Source: an uncultured Candidatus Peribacteria bacterium
GTDB lineage: Bacteria; Patescibacteriota; Gracilibacteria; UBA1369; 2-02-FULL-48-14
DNA length: 64,000 nt
Direction: 5' to 3'
Assembly (NCBI GenBank): GCA_964529435.1
Contig: CAZGUT010000002.1
Location: 33,621 to 97,620 of the forward strand
The notes beneath the pieces were generated by a model, which was not told where the DNA came from, searched no databases, and saw only the letters and a list, made by a program, of their open reading frames with translations. The position numbers and the translations under genes are program-made. Positions within the stretch are counted from its first letter, which is position 1; each line of letters begins with the position of its first letter. Below, piece after piece: positions 1 through 8,188 of this stretch.

Positions 1-701
1 ATTACAATTATTAGTCCTTTTATGAAGGGGCTTTTCGTTAGTTCTTTTACGTTTTTGTAGAGGCATTTGGTGATTTTTCTTGGTTTTTCTGGTTCGAGTT
101 TTGGCACCTCCATCGTGTTCGAATTGTATTTGAGTACGATGGGGAGGATTAGAAGCAATGCAATTGCCCAAATTATGATGAGTTTGTAGGAGGGGAGGGT
201 GTTTGCGAGTAGGCTGAGGGCTAAACCTCCGGCGATTCCTCCGATTGTTTCTGCGGACTCGATGATGGGGAAGGTTCTTTGGCTTTCTAATGGGGTGAAT
301 AGGTCTTCGTTGAAGAGCGACAGGAGGATTGTGAGTTGTGCTAGGAGGACGGATTCTGCGATTAAGAGGAGCGTGAAAAACAGGGTTGTGTTTGATTGTA
401 TGAAAAGAATCGAGGTGATCAGAAAGGCGGCGGCCGCGATGACTGTGAAAGTGATCAGGAGTTCGCGGCGGATCAGGTGGATTATTCTTCTGAAAATCAG
501 GGTTCCGAGCATGACCAGGACGGCGTTTACCAGGAAAAGGGCTGGGAGCCACTCGATTCCGATTTTACTCAGGAAAGTTGCGATCAAGACACTCCATCCG
601 ACGATGAATCCGAATCTGGTCAGGAACATCATGCTCCAGGCCACGAGGATTCTTGGCCATTCCTTCGAGGAAATGTTTAGGATTTTGTTTATTTTTGACA
701 T
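1..701 (-). CDS. Polytopic membrane transporter, N-terminal part (MFS / ATP:ADP-antiporter-like); continues beyond window start
   Basis: ATG at 701-699 opens an unbroken minus-strand frame to position 1 (MSKINKILNISSKEWPRILVAWSMMFLTRFGFIVGW...) with at least 5 hydrophobic helices. It is absent from the ORF track because no stop lies in the window. The + ORFs 199..732 and 396..680 are its antisense. Confidence 0.6.
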   Translation of the reverse strand, partial: MSKINKILNISSKEWPRILVAWSMMFLTRFGFIVGWSVLIATFLSKIGIEWLPALFLVNAVLVMLGTLIFRRIIHLIRRELLITFTVIAAAAFLITSILFIQSNTTLFFTLLLIAESVLLAQLTILLSLFNEDLFTPLESQRTFPIIESAETIGGIAGGLALSLLANTLPSYKLIIIWAIALLLILPIVLKYNSNTMEVPKLEPEKPRKITKCLYKNVKELTKSPFIKGLIIV

Positions 702-732
702 TTTGCCGCGGTTAAACGCAGTTAATCTATGA

Positions 733-761
733 ATTATAGCACAAAACAGGTTGAAAGGCAA
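733..761 (-). promoter_or_regulatory. Sigma70-type promoter for the transporter gene (TTGCCT-17-TATAAT with TGc extension)
   Basis: Minus strand has -35 TTGCCT (761-756), a 17-nt spacer and -10 TATAAT (738-733) preceded by TGC, about 30 nt upstream of the ATG at 701. Confidence 0.6.
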
Positions 762-815
762 GGTGCTTAACCTGGGGAAGGATAGGCCAGGTTCTTCGAG
801 TTACTGGGAGCAAAA

Positions 816-846
816 AGGTTCGGATACGTGATCCTCACCTTTTTTT
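816..846. terminator. Orphan bidirectional intrinsic-terminator-like hairpin
   Basis: AGGU-uc-GGAU-acgug-AUCC-uc-ACCU hairpin preceded by AAAAA (812-816) and followed by TTTTTT (841-846). No ORF ends next to it on either strand. Confidence 0.5.
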
Positions 847-940
847 CCTAATCAAAATCATACGTAACTCTTAACAACCTGACCTATCCTCTACCTGGTG
901 GGTTTGTCATCTTGATTTGCTGGATTTAACCTGTTGGAAG

Positions 941-949
941 TGCTATAAT
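941..949 (+). promoter_or_regulatory. Extended -10 element TGCTATAAT (distal murJ promoter candidate)
   Basis: Exact TGnTATAAT. The same 10-mer GTGCTATAAT occurs inverted at 733-742. Confidence 0.45.
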
Positions 950-1004
950 GCAGTCGAATTGGATGGGTGGAGGGGCTTTACAGGAATCTGATTTTTGTCA
1001 TAGG

Positions 1005-1020
1005 TGACCGGCGCCGGTCA
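1005..1020. repeat. 16-nt perfect GC-rich palindrome TGACCGGCGCCGGTCA, copy 1 (22-nt unit with GGTATG)
   Basis: Perfect dyad. The identical 22-mer TGACCGGCGCCGGTCAGGTATG recurs at 7996-8017. Both copies lie in AT-rich intergenic DNA. Confidence 0.9.
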
Positions 1021-1067
1021 GGTATGGGATGAAGTGGGGTTTTGGCAAGTTTTCTTCTGGAGGGCTG

Positions 1068-1076
1068 TGTTATAAT
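1068..1076 (+). promoter_or_regulatory. Extended -10 element TGTTATAAT, 8 nt upstream of the murJ ATG
   Basis: Exact TGnTATAAT ending at 1076, with the murJ ATG at 1085. This implies a leaderless or nearly leaderless transcript. Confidence 0.45.
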
Positions 1077-1084
1077 CTTGCCTG

Positions 1085-2593
1085 ATGAAAAAACTTTCAA
1101 AAGTCGGGTTGGGGGCGGTGCTGCTGGCGGGGTCTTCGCTGGGGAGTAGGTTTTTGGGTGTGGCGAGGGATTTTGTTTTCTCGAAGATTTTTGGAGCTGG
1201 GGCGGATTTGGATGCGTATTTTGCGGCTTTCCGGATTCCGGATTTGCTTTATACATTGCTGATTTTTGGTGCGATGTCTGCGGCTTTTATTCCGATCTAT
1301 ACGCGGATGATGAAGAAGGGTGAGAAGGCGGATGTGTTTGCGAGTCGGGTGATGAATGGGCTGCTGGTGCTGCTGATTTTGGCTTCTGGGATTGCTTGGG
1401 TGCTTGCTCCGTGGATTGTGCCGCTGCTGGCGCCGGGGTTTGAGGAGTCGGTACTGGAGAGTACTGTGGTGTTAACGCGGATTATGTTACTTTCACCGAT
1501 TTTCTTGGGGCTTAGTAGTGTTTTTCAGGGCGTGGAGAATTCGCATAAGAAGTTTCTGGGGATTGCGCTGGCGCCTATTGTTTATAATTTGAGCATTATT
1601 ATTGCGGCGTGGTTTTTTGGTGAGGAATATGGGGTGAATGCACTGGCTTGGGGTGTTGTGGCAGGTGCGTTTGCCCATTTTGCAGTGCAGGTGCCTGGAG
1701 TGTTTAGGACTAATTTTAAATATCATTTTGATTGGCGAATGAAGAGTAAGGAGATGAAGGAGTTTGTTAAATTGACGATTCCGCGCTTGTTTGGGGTTTC
1801 TGTGACGCAGATGGGGATTTTTGTGGATACGATTATTGCTTCCTTGCTTGCTGCGGGTAGTTTGTCGATTTTCAATTATTCCATGAATTTGCAGAGTTTG
1901 CCGTATGGAGTTGTGGCGGTGTCTTTTTCTGTGGCGGTGTTTTCTACACTTTCTGAGGATGCGACGGAGAATGACAAAAAGGATTTTTTGGCTACGATGA
2001 AGAAGTCTACGCATTCGATACTGTTTTGGGTATTGCCTGCGATTCTTGGGCTGTTTTTGTTGAGGGAAGTTGTGGTGGATTTGATTTTGAGAGGAGGAGC
2101 TTTTGGTGAGGAAGCGGCTGCGATGACTGCACTGACCTTAGGTGTTTTTGTTTGGGCCGCCCTTGGGCAGAGTATGATTCCGCTTTTTGCTAGGGCTTTT
2201 TATGCTTTGCATGAAACCAAAAGGCCGGTTTTGATTGGGTTTTGTGCTGTGGGATTGAATATGCTTTGTAGTTTGGTGCTGACGCAAATTTATGGGTTTG
2301 AAGTGTGGGCATTGGCTGTTTCTGCGATATTGAGTGCGACTGTGAATGCTGGATTATTGGTGTTTTTCTTAGGACGATTTATGAAGGTGAGGGTGAGGGA
2401 TTTCTTTGATTTTGGGGTGCTATTGAAAATCGTCTTTTCTACTGCTGTGATGGGAACTGGGGTAATTGCTTTGGGGATGATTGAATATCCGAGTTTGCTA
2501 ATAGAAGCGTTGGTGATGGTTGCGGTTGGAGGTGGATTGTACCTGGGGTTGGGTAAGGTGCTTAAAACCATCCCTGCTTTACGCGGACCTTAA
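1085..2593 (+). CDS. murJ: Lipid II flippase MurJ (MviN family)
   Basis: 502 aa and about 14 TM helices. The N-terminal motif SRFLGVARDFVFSKIFGAGADLDAYFAAFRIPDLLYTL is typical of MurJ. Confidence 0.9.
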   Translation: MKKLSKVGLGAVLLAGSSLGSRFLGVARDFVFSKIFGAGADLDAYFAAFRIPDLLYTLLIFGAMSAAFIPIYTRMMKKGEKADVFASRVMNGLLVLLILASGIAWVLAPWIVPLLAPGFEESVLESTVVLTRIMLLSPIFLGLSSVFQGVENSHKKFLGIALAPIVYNLSIIIAAWFFGEEYGVNALAWGVVAGAFAHFAVQVPGVFRTNFKYHFDWRMKSKEMKEFVKLTIPRLFGVSVTQMGIFVDTIIASLLAAGSLSIFNYSMNLQSLPYGVVAVSFSVAVFSTLSEDATENDKKDFLATMKKSTHSILFWVLPAILGLFLLREVVVDLILRGGAFGEEAAAMTALTLGVFVWAALGQSMIPLFARAFYALHETKRPVLIGFCAVGLNMLCSLVLTQIYGFEVWALAVSAILSATVNAGLLVFFLGRFMKVRVRDFFDFGVLLKIVFSTAVMGTGVIALGMIEYPSLLIEALVMVAVGGGLYLGLGKVLKTIPALRGP

Positions 2594-3299
2594 TTTCGTT
2601 TGAAATCTTTAAATTTTGGGTGCCTGGGGTGCCTGTGAAAAGCTGGACACGGTAATTTCCAGTTTCTGAAAAAGTGATTTCAAGGCGGTTGTTTCCTTCG
2701 CGGACTGGGATGCCTTTTTCTTTGACCATGCCGGTGACGTCGAGTACGCGGTAGACAGCCATGTTGATCTTACCGACAGGTCTAAAATTAAGAATAAGGC
2801 CTTTTTTGAGGCGAACAGATTGGGGTGGGTTTTTGCTAAAAATTAAGTCTCTGTGGGCGAAGTTTTGTGTGTAGTAATAAACTTTTTTTTGGGATTTGTG
2901 GATGCCAACGCCTACGCAGTTGAAGGCTTTGTTGAGGATGTTTGCACGGTGTCCAGGGCTGTTCATAAGGCCTTTTTCTGCGCGGTGGACTGGGTGTCTG
3001 TAGCCGCCGATTTTTGCGAGGTTTTCTCCTGAAACGACGTCGCTGATTTGTGATTCTTTGTAGCGGTCTGCATGGCCTTTGCCAGCCATGTTTTCGTGCT
3101 CAAAATAGTCCTTGCGTGCCATGTCTTTACTGTGTTTTCGCGCGACGATTCTGAGGTCGTTCTGCATGAAAAGAGGTTTGAGGTCGTGAAATTTTCTGTC
3201 GCGATTAAGAAGACGGAGCATTTTCCATTCCATGGTTTTGAGGGTGTTTGGAAGGAAAATACTGCGGAGAATGTAAATTAGCCATTGTTTGAATCCCAT
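2562..3299 (-). CDS. CAP/SCP (PR-1-like, YkwD-type) domain protein
   Basis: GENLAK..., MNSPGHRANILNKAFNCVGVG and YYTQNFA match the CAP-domain signature. The start is uncertain because it overlaps the ribD end by 22 nt; an alternative Met lies at 3233. Confidence 0.75.
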   Translation of the reverse strand: MGFKQWLIYILRSIFLPNTLKTMEWKMLRLLNRDRKFHDLKPLFMQNDLRIVARKHSKDMARKDYFEHENMAGKGHADRYKESQISDVVSGENLAKIGGYRHPVHRAEKGLMNSPGHRANILNKAFNCVGVGIHKSQKKVYYYTQNFAHRDLIFSKNPPQSVRLKKGLILNFRPVGKINMAVYRVLDVTGMVKEKGIPVREGNNRLEITFSETGNYRVQLFTGTPGTQNLKISNEIKVRVKQGWF

Positions 3300-4264
3300 T
3301 TTGGTGTGGCGGTGATCAGGACGTCTGGGGCTAATTTTCGCACAGAACGGATGGAAAGTGAAATATTTGTTTCTGCAAAGGGAAGGGCCTTTGTGCCGAG
3401 GAGGATCGGGGCGATGAAAATTTGCAGTTCGTCTACGAGTTGTTTTTCTAGAAATTGGGTGAAGATTTCATGGCCGCCTTCTACGAGGATGGAGGTGATG
3501 TTTTTTTTGTGTAAGGAGTTTAGGACTTTTTCGATGCTTTGATTTTTGAAGAGTAAAAAATTTTCGTCTCTGAAAATTTTTGAGTTTTTAGGGATAGAAG
3601 TATTACCTTCAAGAATAATACGGAGAGGGTCTCTACCTTCGACTAGGCGTGTGCCGAGATGGGGGTTGTCTGCCAGGACTGTGCCTGCTCCAACGAGAAT
3701 TGCTTGATGGTTTTTGCGAAGGATATGAGTGTGTTTTAGAGCTTTTTTGCTTGTTAATTGAGTCTGGGATTTTCTAGATTTAGATATTTTGCCGTCTAGT
3801 GATATGGCGGCTTTTAGTGTGATGAAGGGGCGTTTTTTTTCGTGGGAAGTGAAGAAGATTTTGTTGAGTTCGCGGGCTTTTTCTTCAAGCAGGCCAACTT
3901 CGACTTCGATGTTTGCTGCCTTGAGCTCTTCAATTCCGTTTTGTGATGGGTCTGGGGTGGCGATGATGATTTTTGTGATTCCGCTATTAATGATGGCTTC
4001 TGTGCATGCGGGTGTTTTCCCTGCTTTTGAGCAAGGTTCCAATGTGACGTAAAGGGTTGCGTCTTTTGGGGAGGTTGTGCAGGAGTTTAAGGCTTCGATT
4101 TCTGCGTGAGGGGCACCGAATGCTGTGTGATAGCCTTCGCCAATTCTTTCGTCGTCTTTGACAATAACTGCGCCAACCATTGGATTTGGTAGAGTTGCTC
4201 CGCGGCCTTTTTTGGCGAGGCGGAGTGCACGACGCATGTGCCAGGTTGGAGTAGATTTAGACAC
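3278..4264 (-). CDS. ribD: Bifunctional riboflavin biosynthesis deaminase/reductase RibD
   Basis: Zinc deaminase motifs HAEIEAL and PCSKAGKTPAC, plus a C-terminal reductase domain; 328 aa. Confidence 0.9.
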   Translation of the reverse strand: MSKSTPTWHMRRALRLAKKGRGATLPNPMVGAVIVKDDERIGEGYHTAFGAPHAEIEALNSCTTSPKDATLYVTLEPCSKAGKTPACTEAIINSGITKIIIATPDPSQNGIEELKAANIEVEVGLLEEKARELNKIFFTSHEKKRPFITLKAAISLDGKISKSRKSQTQLTSKKALKHTHILRKNHQAILVGAGTVLADNPHLGTRLVEGRDPLRIILEGNTSIPKNSKIFRDENFLLFKNQSIEKVLNSLHKKNITSILVEGGHEIFTQFLEKQLVDELQIFIAPILLGTKALPFAETNISLSIRSVRKLAPDVLITATPKWDSNNG

Positions 4265-5450
4265 TTTTTAAGATGTGACCGAGCTTGTCTTTCTTGGTTT
4301 TGAGGTAGCGGCGGGTTTGAGAATTGGGCTTTGTTTCTAAGGGGATGCGCTTTGAAACCTTTAATCCGTGACCTTCCAAACCGACGATTTTTTGTGGATT
4401 GTTTGTAAGTAATTGGATTGTGGAAAGTCCAAGGTCTTTCAGGATTTGCGCACCGATTCCGTAATCCCGGAGGTCTGCCTTGAAGCCCAGCATTTTGTTA
4501 GCTTCAACTGTGTCGTGGCCTTGTTTTTGGAGTTTGTAGGCTTTGAGTTTGTTTATAAGGCCGATTCCGCGTCCTTCCTGGCGCATGTAAAGAAGGACTC
4601 CATGGCCTTTTTTAGCGATTATCTGCATAGATTTATTGAATTGAGCTCTGCAGTCGCAATGAGTTGAGTGGAAAATATCTCCGGTCATGCATTCTGAATG
4701 AACTCTGACGAGGGTGTTTTTTGTGATTTTTCCATGGACTAGAGCGATATGTTCCTGTTCGTCTATTTCACTTTTGTAGATGATGATTTTGAAGGGGCCG
4801 TGTTCGGTTTCAATTTCGGTTTCTACCTCTTTTTTTATCATGCTTTCGTGATGTCTACGGTATGCGATTAGATCTTTGATGGTGATGATTTTGAGATCGT
4901 GTTTTTTTGCGAATTCTTCTAAATCTTTTCCTCGTGCCATTTCGCCGTCATCTTTTATGATTTCACAGAGTGTGGCGGCAGGTTTTAAGTCTGCCAGTAG
5001 GCATAAGTCTACGGCTGCTTCTGTGTGTCCTGCTCGGACTAATACGCCGCCTTTTTTTGCGCGAAGAGGGAAGATGTGGCCGGGGCGAGCGAAGTCTCCG
5101 GGTTTCGAGTTTATGGAGGAAAGAGCTACAATGGTTTTTGCTCTGTCGCTGGCTGAGATTCCTGTTGAAGTTCCGTTTTTGTAGTCGACTGAGATTGTGA
5201 AGTTGCATTTGTGGGCTTCCGTGTTTTTTTGCTGCATTGCTTCGAGTTCCAAATTGTCTGCGATTTCACAGCAAACTGGTACGCAAATGAGTCCACGCCC
5301 CTCTTTCATCATGAAATTTACGGTTTCATTGGTGGCTTTTTCAGCGGCCATAATTAAATCGCCTTCGTTTTCACGATCTTCATCATCAACGACAATCACG
5401 AGTTTGCCGCTTTTGAAGTCCTTAATTGCTGATTTAATATTGCTCCACAT
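4257..5450 (-). CDS. ribBA: Bifunctional DHBP synthase / GTP cyclohydrolase II RibBA
   Basis: DDEDRENEGDL (DHBP synthase) and RVHSECMTGDIFHSTHCDC (GCH II zinc site); 397 aa. Confidence 0.92.
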   Translation of the reverse strand: MWSNIKSAIKDFKSGKLVIVVDDEDRENEGDLIMAAEKATNETVNFMMKEGRGLICVPVCCEIADNLELEAMQQKNTEAHKCNFTISVDYKNGTSTGISASDRAKTIVALSSINSKPGDFARPGHIFPLRAKKGGVLVRAGHTEAAVDLCLLADLKPAATLCEIIKDDGEMARGKDLEEFAKKHDLKIITIKDLIAYRRHHESMIKKEVETEIETEHGPFKIIIYKSEIDEQEHIALVHGKITKNTLVRVHSECMTGDIFHSTHCDCRAQFNKSMQIIAKKGHGVLLYMRQEGRGIGLINKLKAYKLQKQGHDTVEANKMLGFKADLRDYGIGAQILKDLGLSTIQLLTNNPQKIVGLEGHGLKVSKRIPLETKPNSQTRRYLKTKKDKLGHILKSV

Positions 5451-5459
5451 GAGCTGGGA

Positions 5460-6218
5460 TTATACCTCGAATCGCATGAAATCATCAACTGTGATGTCTC
5501 CGAGGACGTCTTTCACGAGTTGGTCTGGATTCATGACGAGTGCTTGAGTGAGAAGGGCTTGGTCTCCGCGGAATTTTTTCTCTTTGCCCATCAGGATTTT
5601 GCCAATGATTTCTTCTGGTTTACCTTCCTTTTTTAGTTGTTCAGTCCAGATCTCCTTTTCCTTCTCAACGATTTCGTCTGCGACGTCTTCAGGTGAGATG
5701 TTTGCAGGGTTCATTGCTGCGATATGCATTGCAACTTCTTTTTCGGCTTCAGATTTGCCACTGAGTTTTAGGAGGACACCGATCTTGTTGTTCATGTGAA
5801 CGTAAGATGCGATGTTATCTCCTTCAACTAGGGCTTTGTCTTTGACTTCGATTTTTTCACCGAGTGAAACTGTCAGATCTGAAACTTCTTTGCTAAGATC
5901 CACGTTTGCGCCTTCAGCAAGAACTTTTTGAGCTAGGTCGTTTGCGGCTTTTACAAAGTCTTCATTTTTTGCAACGAAGTCTGTTTCACAGCCGAGAGTC
6001 AGCATTGCTGCTTTATTGTCGCCTTCGACAACTGCTACAACGCCGTTTGATGTTGATCGGTCTGAACGTTCAGCTGCTTTTGCTTCGCCTTTTTTTCTGA
6101 GGAGTTCGAATGCTTTTTCTTCGTCACCGCCAGCTTCTTCAAGGGCTTTTTTGCAGGCCATTGTTGATACGCCGGTTTTGGCGCGAAGTGCTTTGATTTG
6201 ATCTAAAGTTACAGTCAT
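5460..6218 (-). CDS. tsf: Translation elongation factor Ts
   Basis: N-terminal UBA-like IKALRAKTGVSTMACKKALEEAGGDEEKAFELLRKKG; lies downstream of rpsB. Confidence 0.9.
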   Translation of the reverse strand: MTVTLDQIKALRAKTGVSTMACKKALEEAGGDEEKAFELLRKKGEAKAAERSDRSTSNGVVAVVEGDNKAAMLTLGCETDFVAKNEDFVKAANDLAQKVLAEGANVDLSKEVSDLTVSLGEKIEVKDKALVEGDNIASYVHMNNKIGVLLKLSGKSEAEKEVAMHIAAMNPANISPEDVADEIVEKEKEIWTEQLKKEGKPEEIIGKILMGKEKKFRGDQALLTQALVMNPDQLVKDVLGDITVDDFMRFEV

Positions 6219-6237
6219 TTTTTTGAGTTAAGTTAGT

Positions 6238-7032
6238 TTATACGGTAGGTGTTGTTGGTTCAGAAGGAGTTTCTCCTTCTGGAGTTGGCATGCTTGGGCC
6301 AGCCTCAGGTGCTGGAGCTGGAGCTTCAGCTGGTTCTGGTGTTGCTGGTTTGATTTCGATGCCAGCGCTTGGTTCTGCAGGTGTCTCAGGAGTTTCAGGT
6401 GCTGCTGGCTCTTCGACTGGTTCTGGTGCTTCAGGTGCTGCTACTGGCTCAGGTTCTGCGGGTGTCTCAGGAGTCTCTGGTGTTTCTGGCTCTGCAGCTG
6501 GTTCTTCTGGGGTAGGTGCCTCAACCGGTTCTGGTGCAGGAGTTTCTTCTGCTGGTGCAGATACTTCAGGTGCTGCTACTGGCTCTGGTTCTGCAGGGGT
6601 CTCTGTAGCTGGTTCTTCAGATGGAGTTACGCCTTCGCTTTTTGCAAGTTTTTCAAGAGGCATTGCTTTTGCTATTTGGCTAAGCACAGGGATGTCCATT
6701 TTCTTGTGCTGGAAAGCTGAGAATCCGTTGAAACCTGCTACAGCTAGCCATATTAGGTATACGATATAACCGGTGTAGCCCAAGACGACATAATCCCAAA
6801 CTACTGCGATTATGAAAAGAATTGTGGTTACGGCTCCTGTTTTTGCGTGCCACATGTGGAATTCGTCTTTTCCTTTTTGCATTGCTGTGAGGATAAAGAG
6901 GAATGGGGCATATGCAACTGCTGCTATTGGAGCAGTTTCCTTTGGTGTAGCGGGTGATGGGGAAGCTAATGTAGTAGGTTCTGGAGTAGTAGCTTCAGGT
7001 GTTTCCGGTGATGTTTGTGTAGGATCTTCCAT
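6238..7032 (-). CDS. Membrane protein with P/E/T/A-rich low-complexity N- and C-terminal tails
   Basis: The central part has about 3 TM helices (FLFILTAM..., VTTILFIIAVVW..., IVYLIWLAVAGF...). The tails carry ETPAEPEPVAAPE-type repeats. The gene sits between rpsB and tsf. Confidence 0.7.
   Translation of the reverse strand: MEDPTQTSPETPEATTPEPTTLASPSPATPKETAPIAAVAYAPFLFILTAMQKGKDEFHMWHAKTGAVTTILFIIAVVWDYVVLGYTGYIVYLIWLAVAGFNGFSAFQHKKMDIPVLSQIAKAMPLEKLAKSEGVTPSEEPATETPAEPEPVAAPEVSAPAEETPAPEPVEAPTPEEPAAEPETPETPETPAEPEPVAAPEAPEPVEEPAAPETPETPAEPSAGIEIKPATPEPAEAPAPAPEAGPSMPTPEGETPSEPTTPTV
6430..6602. repeat. Two 38-nt near-identical direct repeats inside the low-complexity tail coding region
   Basis: 6430-6467 and 6565-6602 (ttcaggtgctgctactggctc.ggttctgc.gg.gtctc) differ at 3 positions. 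Both encode TPAEPEPVAAPE. Confidence 0.8.
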
Positions 7033-7051
7033 TTTTGCGTGGAGTTAGGGA

Positions 7052-7747
7052 TTATTTCTTGGTCACAGCGCCTCCTTGGATGGCTGCACTGATTTGAGTG
7101 ACCAGGTAAGTAATGGATTTAATGGCATCGTCGTTCGCCGGAATGACGTAATCGATGCCGTCAGGATTTGCATTTGAGTCTACGATTGCAACTACGGTTG
7201 CACCGGTCTTTTTTGCTTCTGCTACGGCGATTTTGTCTCGGACAACGTCTACAACGAAGACTATTTTTGGTGGTTTCTCTAAGTCAGCTACACCACCGAG
7301 TGCTGTTTCCAATTTATGGATTTGTTTGTGGAAATTTAAAGCTTCTTTCTTTGTGTATTTTTCGAATTCGCCGGCCTCTTCTTCCTCTTTCAGTTTTTTC
7401 ATGTATTTCACACGGGATCGGATGGTCTTGAAATTAGTCAGTAGACCTGGGATCCATTTTGAAGTTACGTAAGGCATACGGCATTTTTCAGCCTCCTCGC
7501 GGATGAGCCTTGTGGATTGCTGTTTTGTGCTAACAAAAAGCACTTTTTTGCCTTGTGAAACGGCTGTTCTTAGGAAGTTGAGGGCTTCCATTAGACCTTT
7601 GTATGTTTGATTAAGGTCAAAAATGTGTACGCTATTTCTTTTGCCGTACAGGTAAGGAGCCATCTTTGGGTTCCATTTAGCGGATTTGTGTCCAAAGTGG
7701 ACTGCATTTGCGAGCATATCTCGCATTATGGTTTTTTGGTCGGACAT
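7052..7747 (-). CDS. rpsB: 30S ribosomal protein S2
   Basis: MLANAVHFGHKSAKWNPKMAPYLYG... is a canonical S2 N-terminus; 231 aa. Confidence 0.95.
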   Translation of the reverse strand: MSDQKTIMRDMLANAVHFGHKSAKWNPKMAPYLYGKRNSVHIFDLNQTYKGLMEALNFLRTAVSQGKKVLFVSTKQQSTRLIREEAEKCRMPYVTSKWIPGLLTNFKTIRSRVKYMKKLKEEEEAGEFEKYTKKEALNFHKQIHKLETALGGVADLEKPPKIVFVVDVVRDKIAVAEAKKTGATVVAIVDSNANPDGIDYVIPANDDAIKSITYLVTQISAAIQGGAVTKK

Positions 7748-7892
7748 GTTCCTTGGGGTTAACGCCTTTGGCCTTCGTTTTCTACCTTGACCCCTCGGGG
7801 CAGGACGGCAGAATCGGGTGAAAGACTGAGATAAAGGTGACGCTTCGCGTCGAGGTGACTAGCACACTTCGCTGAGCTTCGTGTGTGATGTC
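7748..7892 (-). promoter_or_regulatory. Structured ~145-nt 5' UTR of rpsB (candidate S2 autoregulatory leader)
   Basis: Between the predicted TSS and the ATG lie several GC hairpins: CACAC...GUGUG, GACGC-GAA-GCGUC and CCC-CGAG-GGG. Confidence 0.45.
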
Positions 7893-7898
7893 AGGAGG

Positions 7899-7926
7899 AT
7901 TATACCTGGGATTTTCTGATGTGCAA
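7899..7926 (-). promoter_or_regulatory. rpsB promoter TTGCAC-16-TATAAT
   Basis: Minus strand has -35 TTGCAC (7926-7921) and -10 TATAAT (7904-7899). Confidence 0.6.
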
Positions 7927-7995
7927 GGGGAAAACTCCTGGTTGTACAGTCGGTGGATTTATGGGCCTTGCAAAGATCTTTATTGATGTTCTACC

Positions 7996-8011
7996 TGACC
8001 GGCGCCGGTCA
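7996..8011. repeat. 16-nt palindrome TGACCGGCGCCGGTCA, copy 2 (extends to the 22-nt dyad ACCTGACCGGCGCCGGTCAGGT, 7993-8014)
   Basis: Identical to 1005-1020, and the following GGTATG is also shared. Confidence 0.9.
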
Positions 8012-8188
8012 GGTATGCTAAAGGTTGGGTTTTTGTAAAGGGGTGGTGCGTGGTGTTTGAGGTTGAGTTCTTGATTGACTGTATTTTAGCACTTTTAACA
8101 GGTTGGGGCTAGCAAAAAAGGATGACAAATCTGCGAATGAATGCTTAGATTTTTGATGTATTTGATTAATGCTTTAACCCAATTAATT

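Noticed and set aside
199-732. The + strand ORFs 199..732 (177 aa) and 396..680 (94 aa).
   Set aside because: They are antisense to a much more convincing membrane-transporter frame (1..701, minus) that has its own consensus promoter. Their translations are Arg/Ser-rich and do not look protein-like.
6290-6769. The 159-aa Gly/Ser/Ala-rich ORF on the + strand.
   Set aside because: It is the mirror frame of the Pro/Glu/Ala-rich tail of the minus-strand membrane protein, which is a typical low-complexity antisense artefact.
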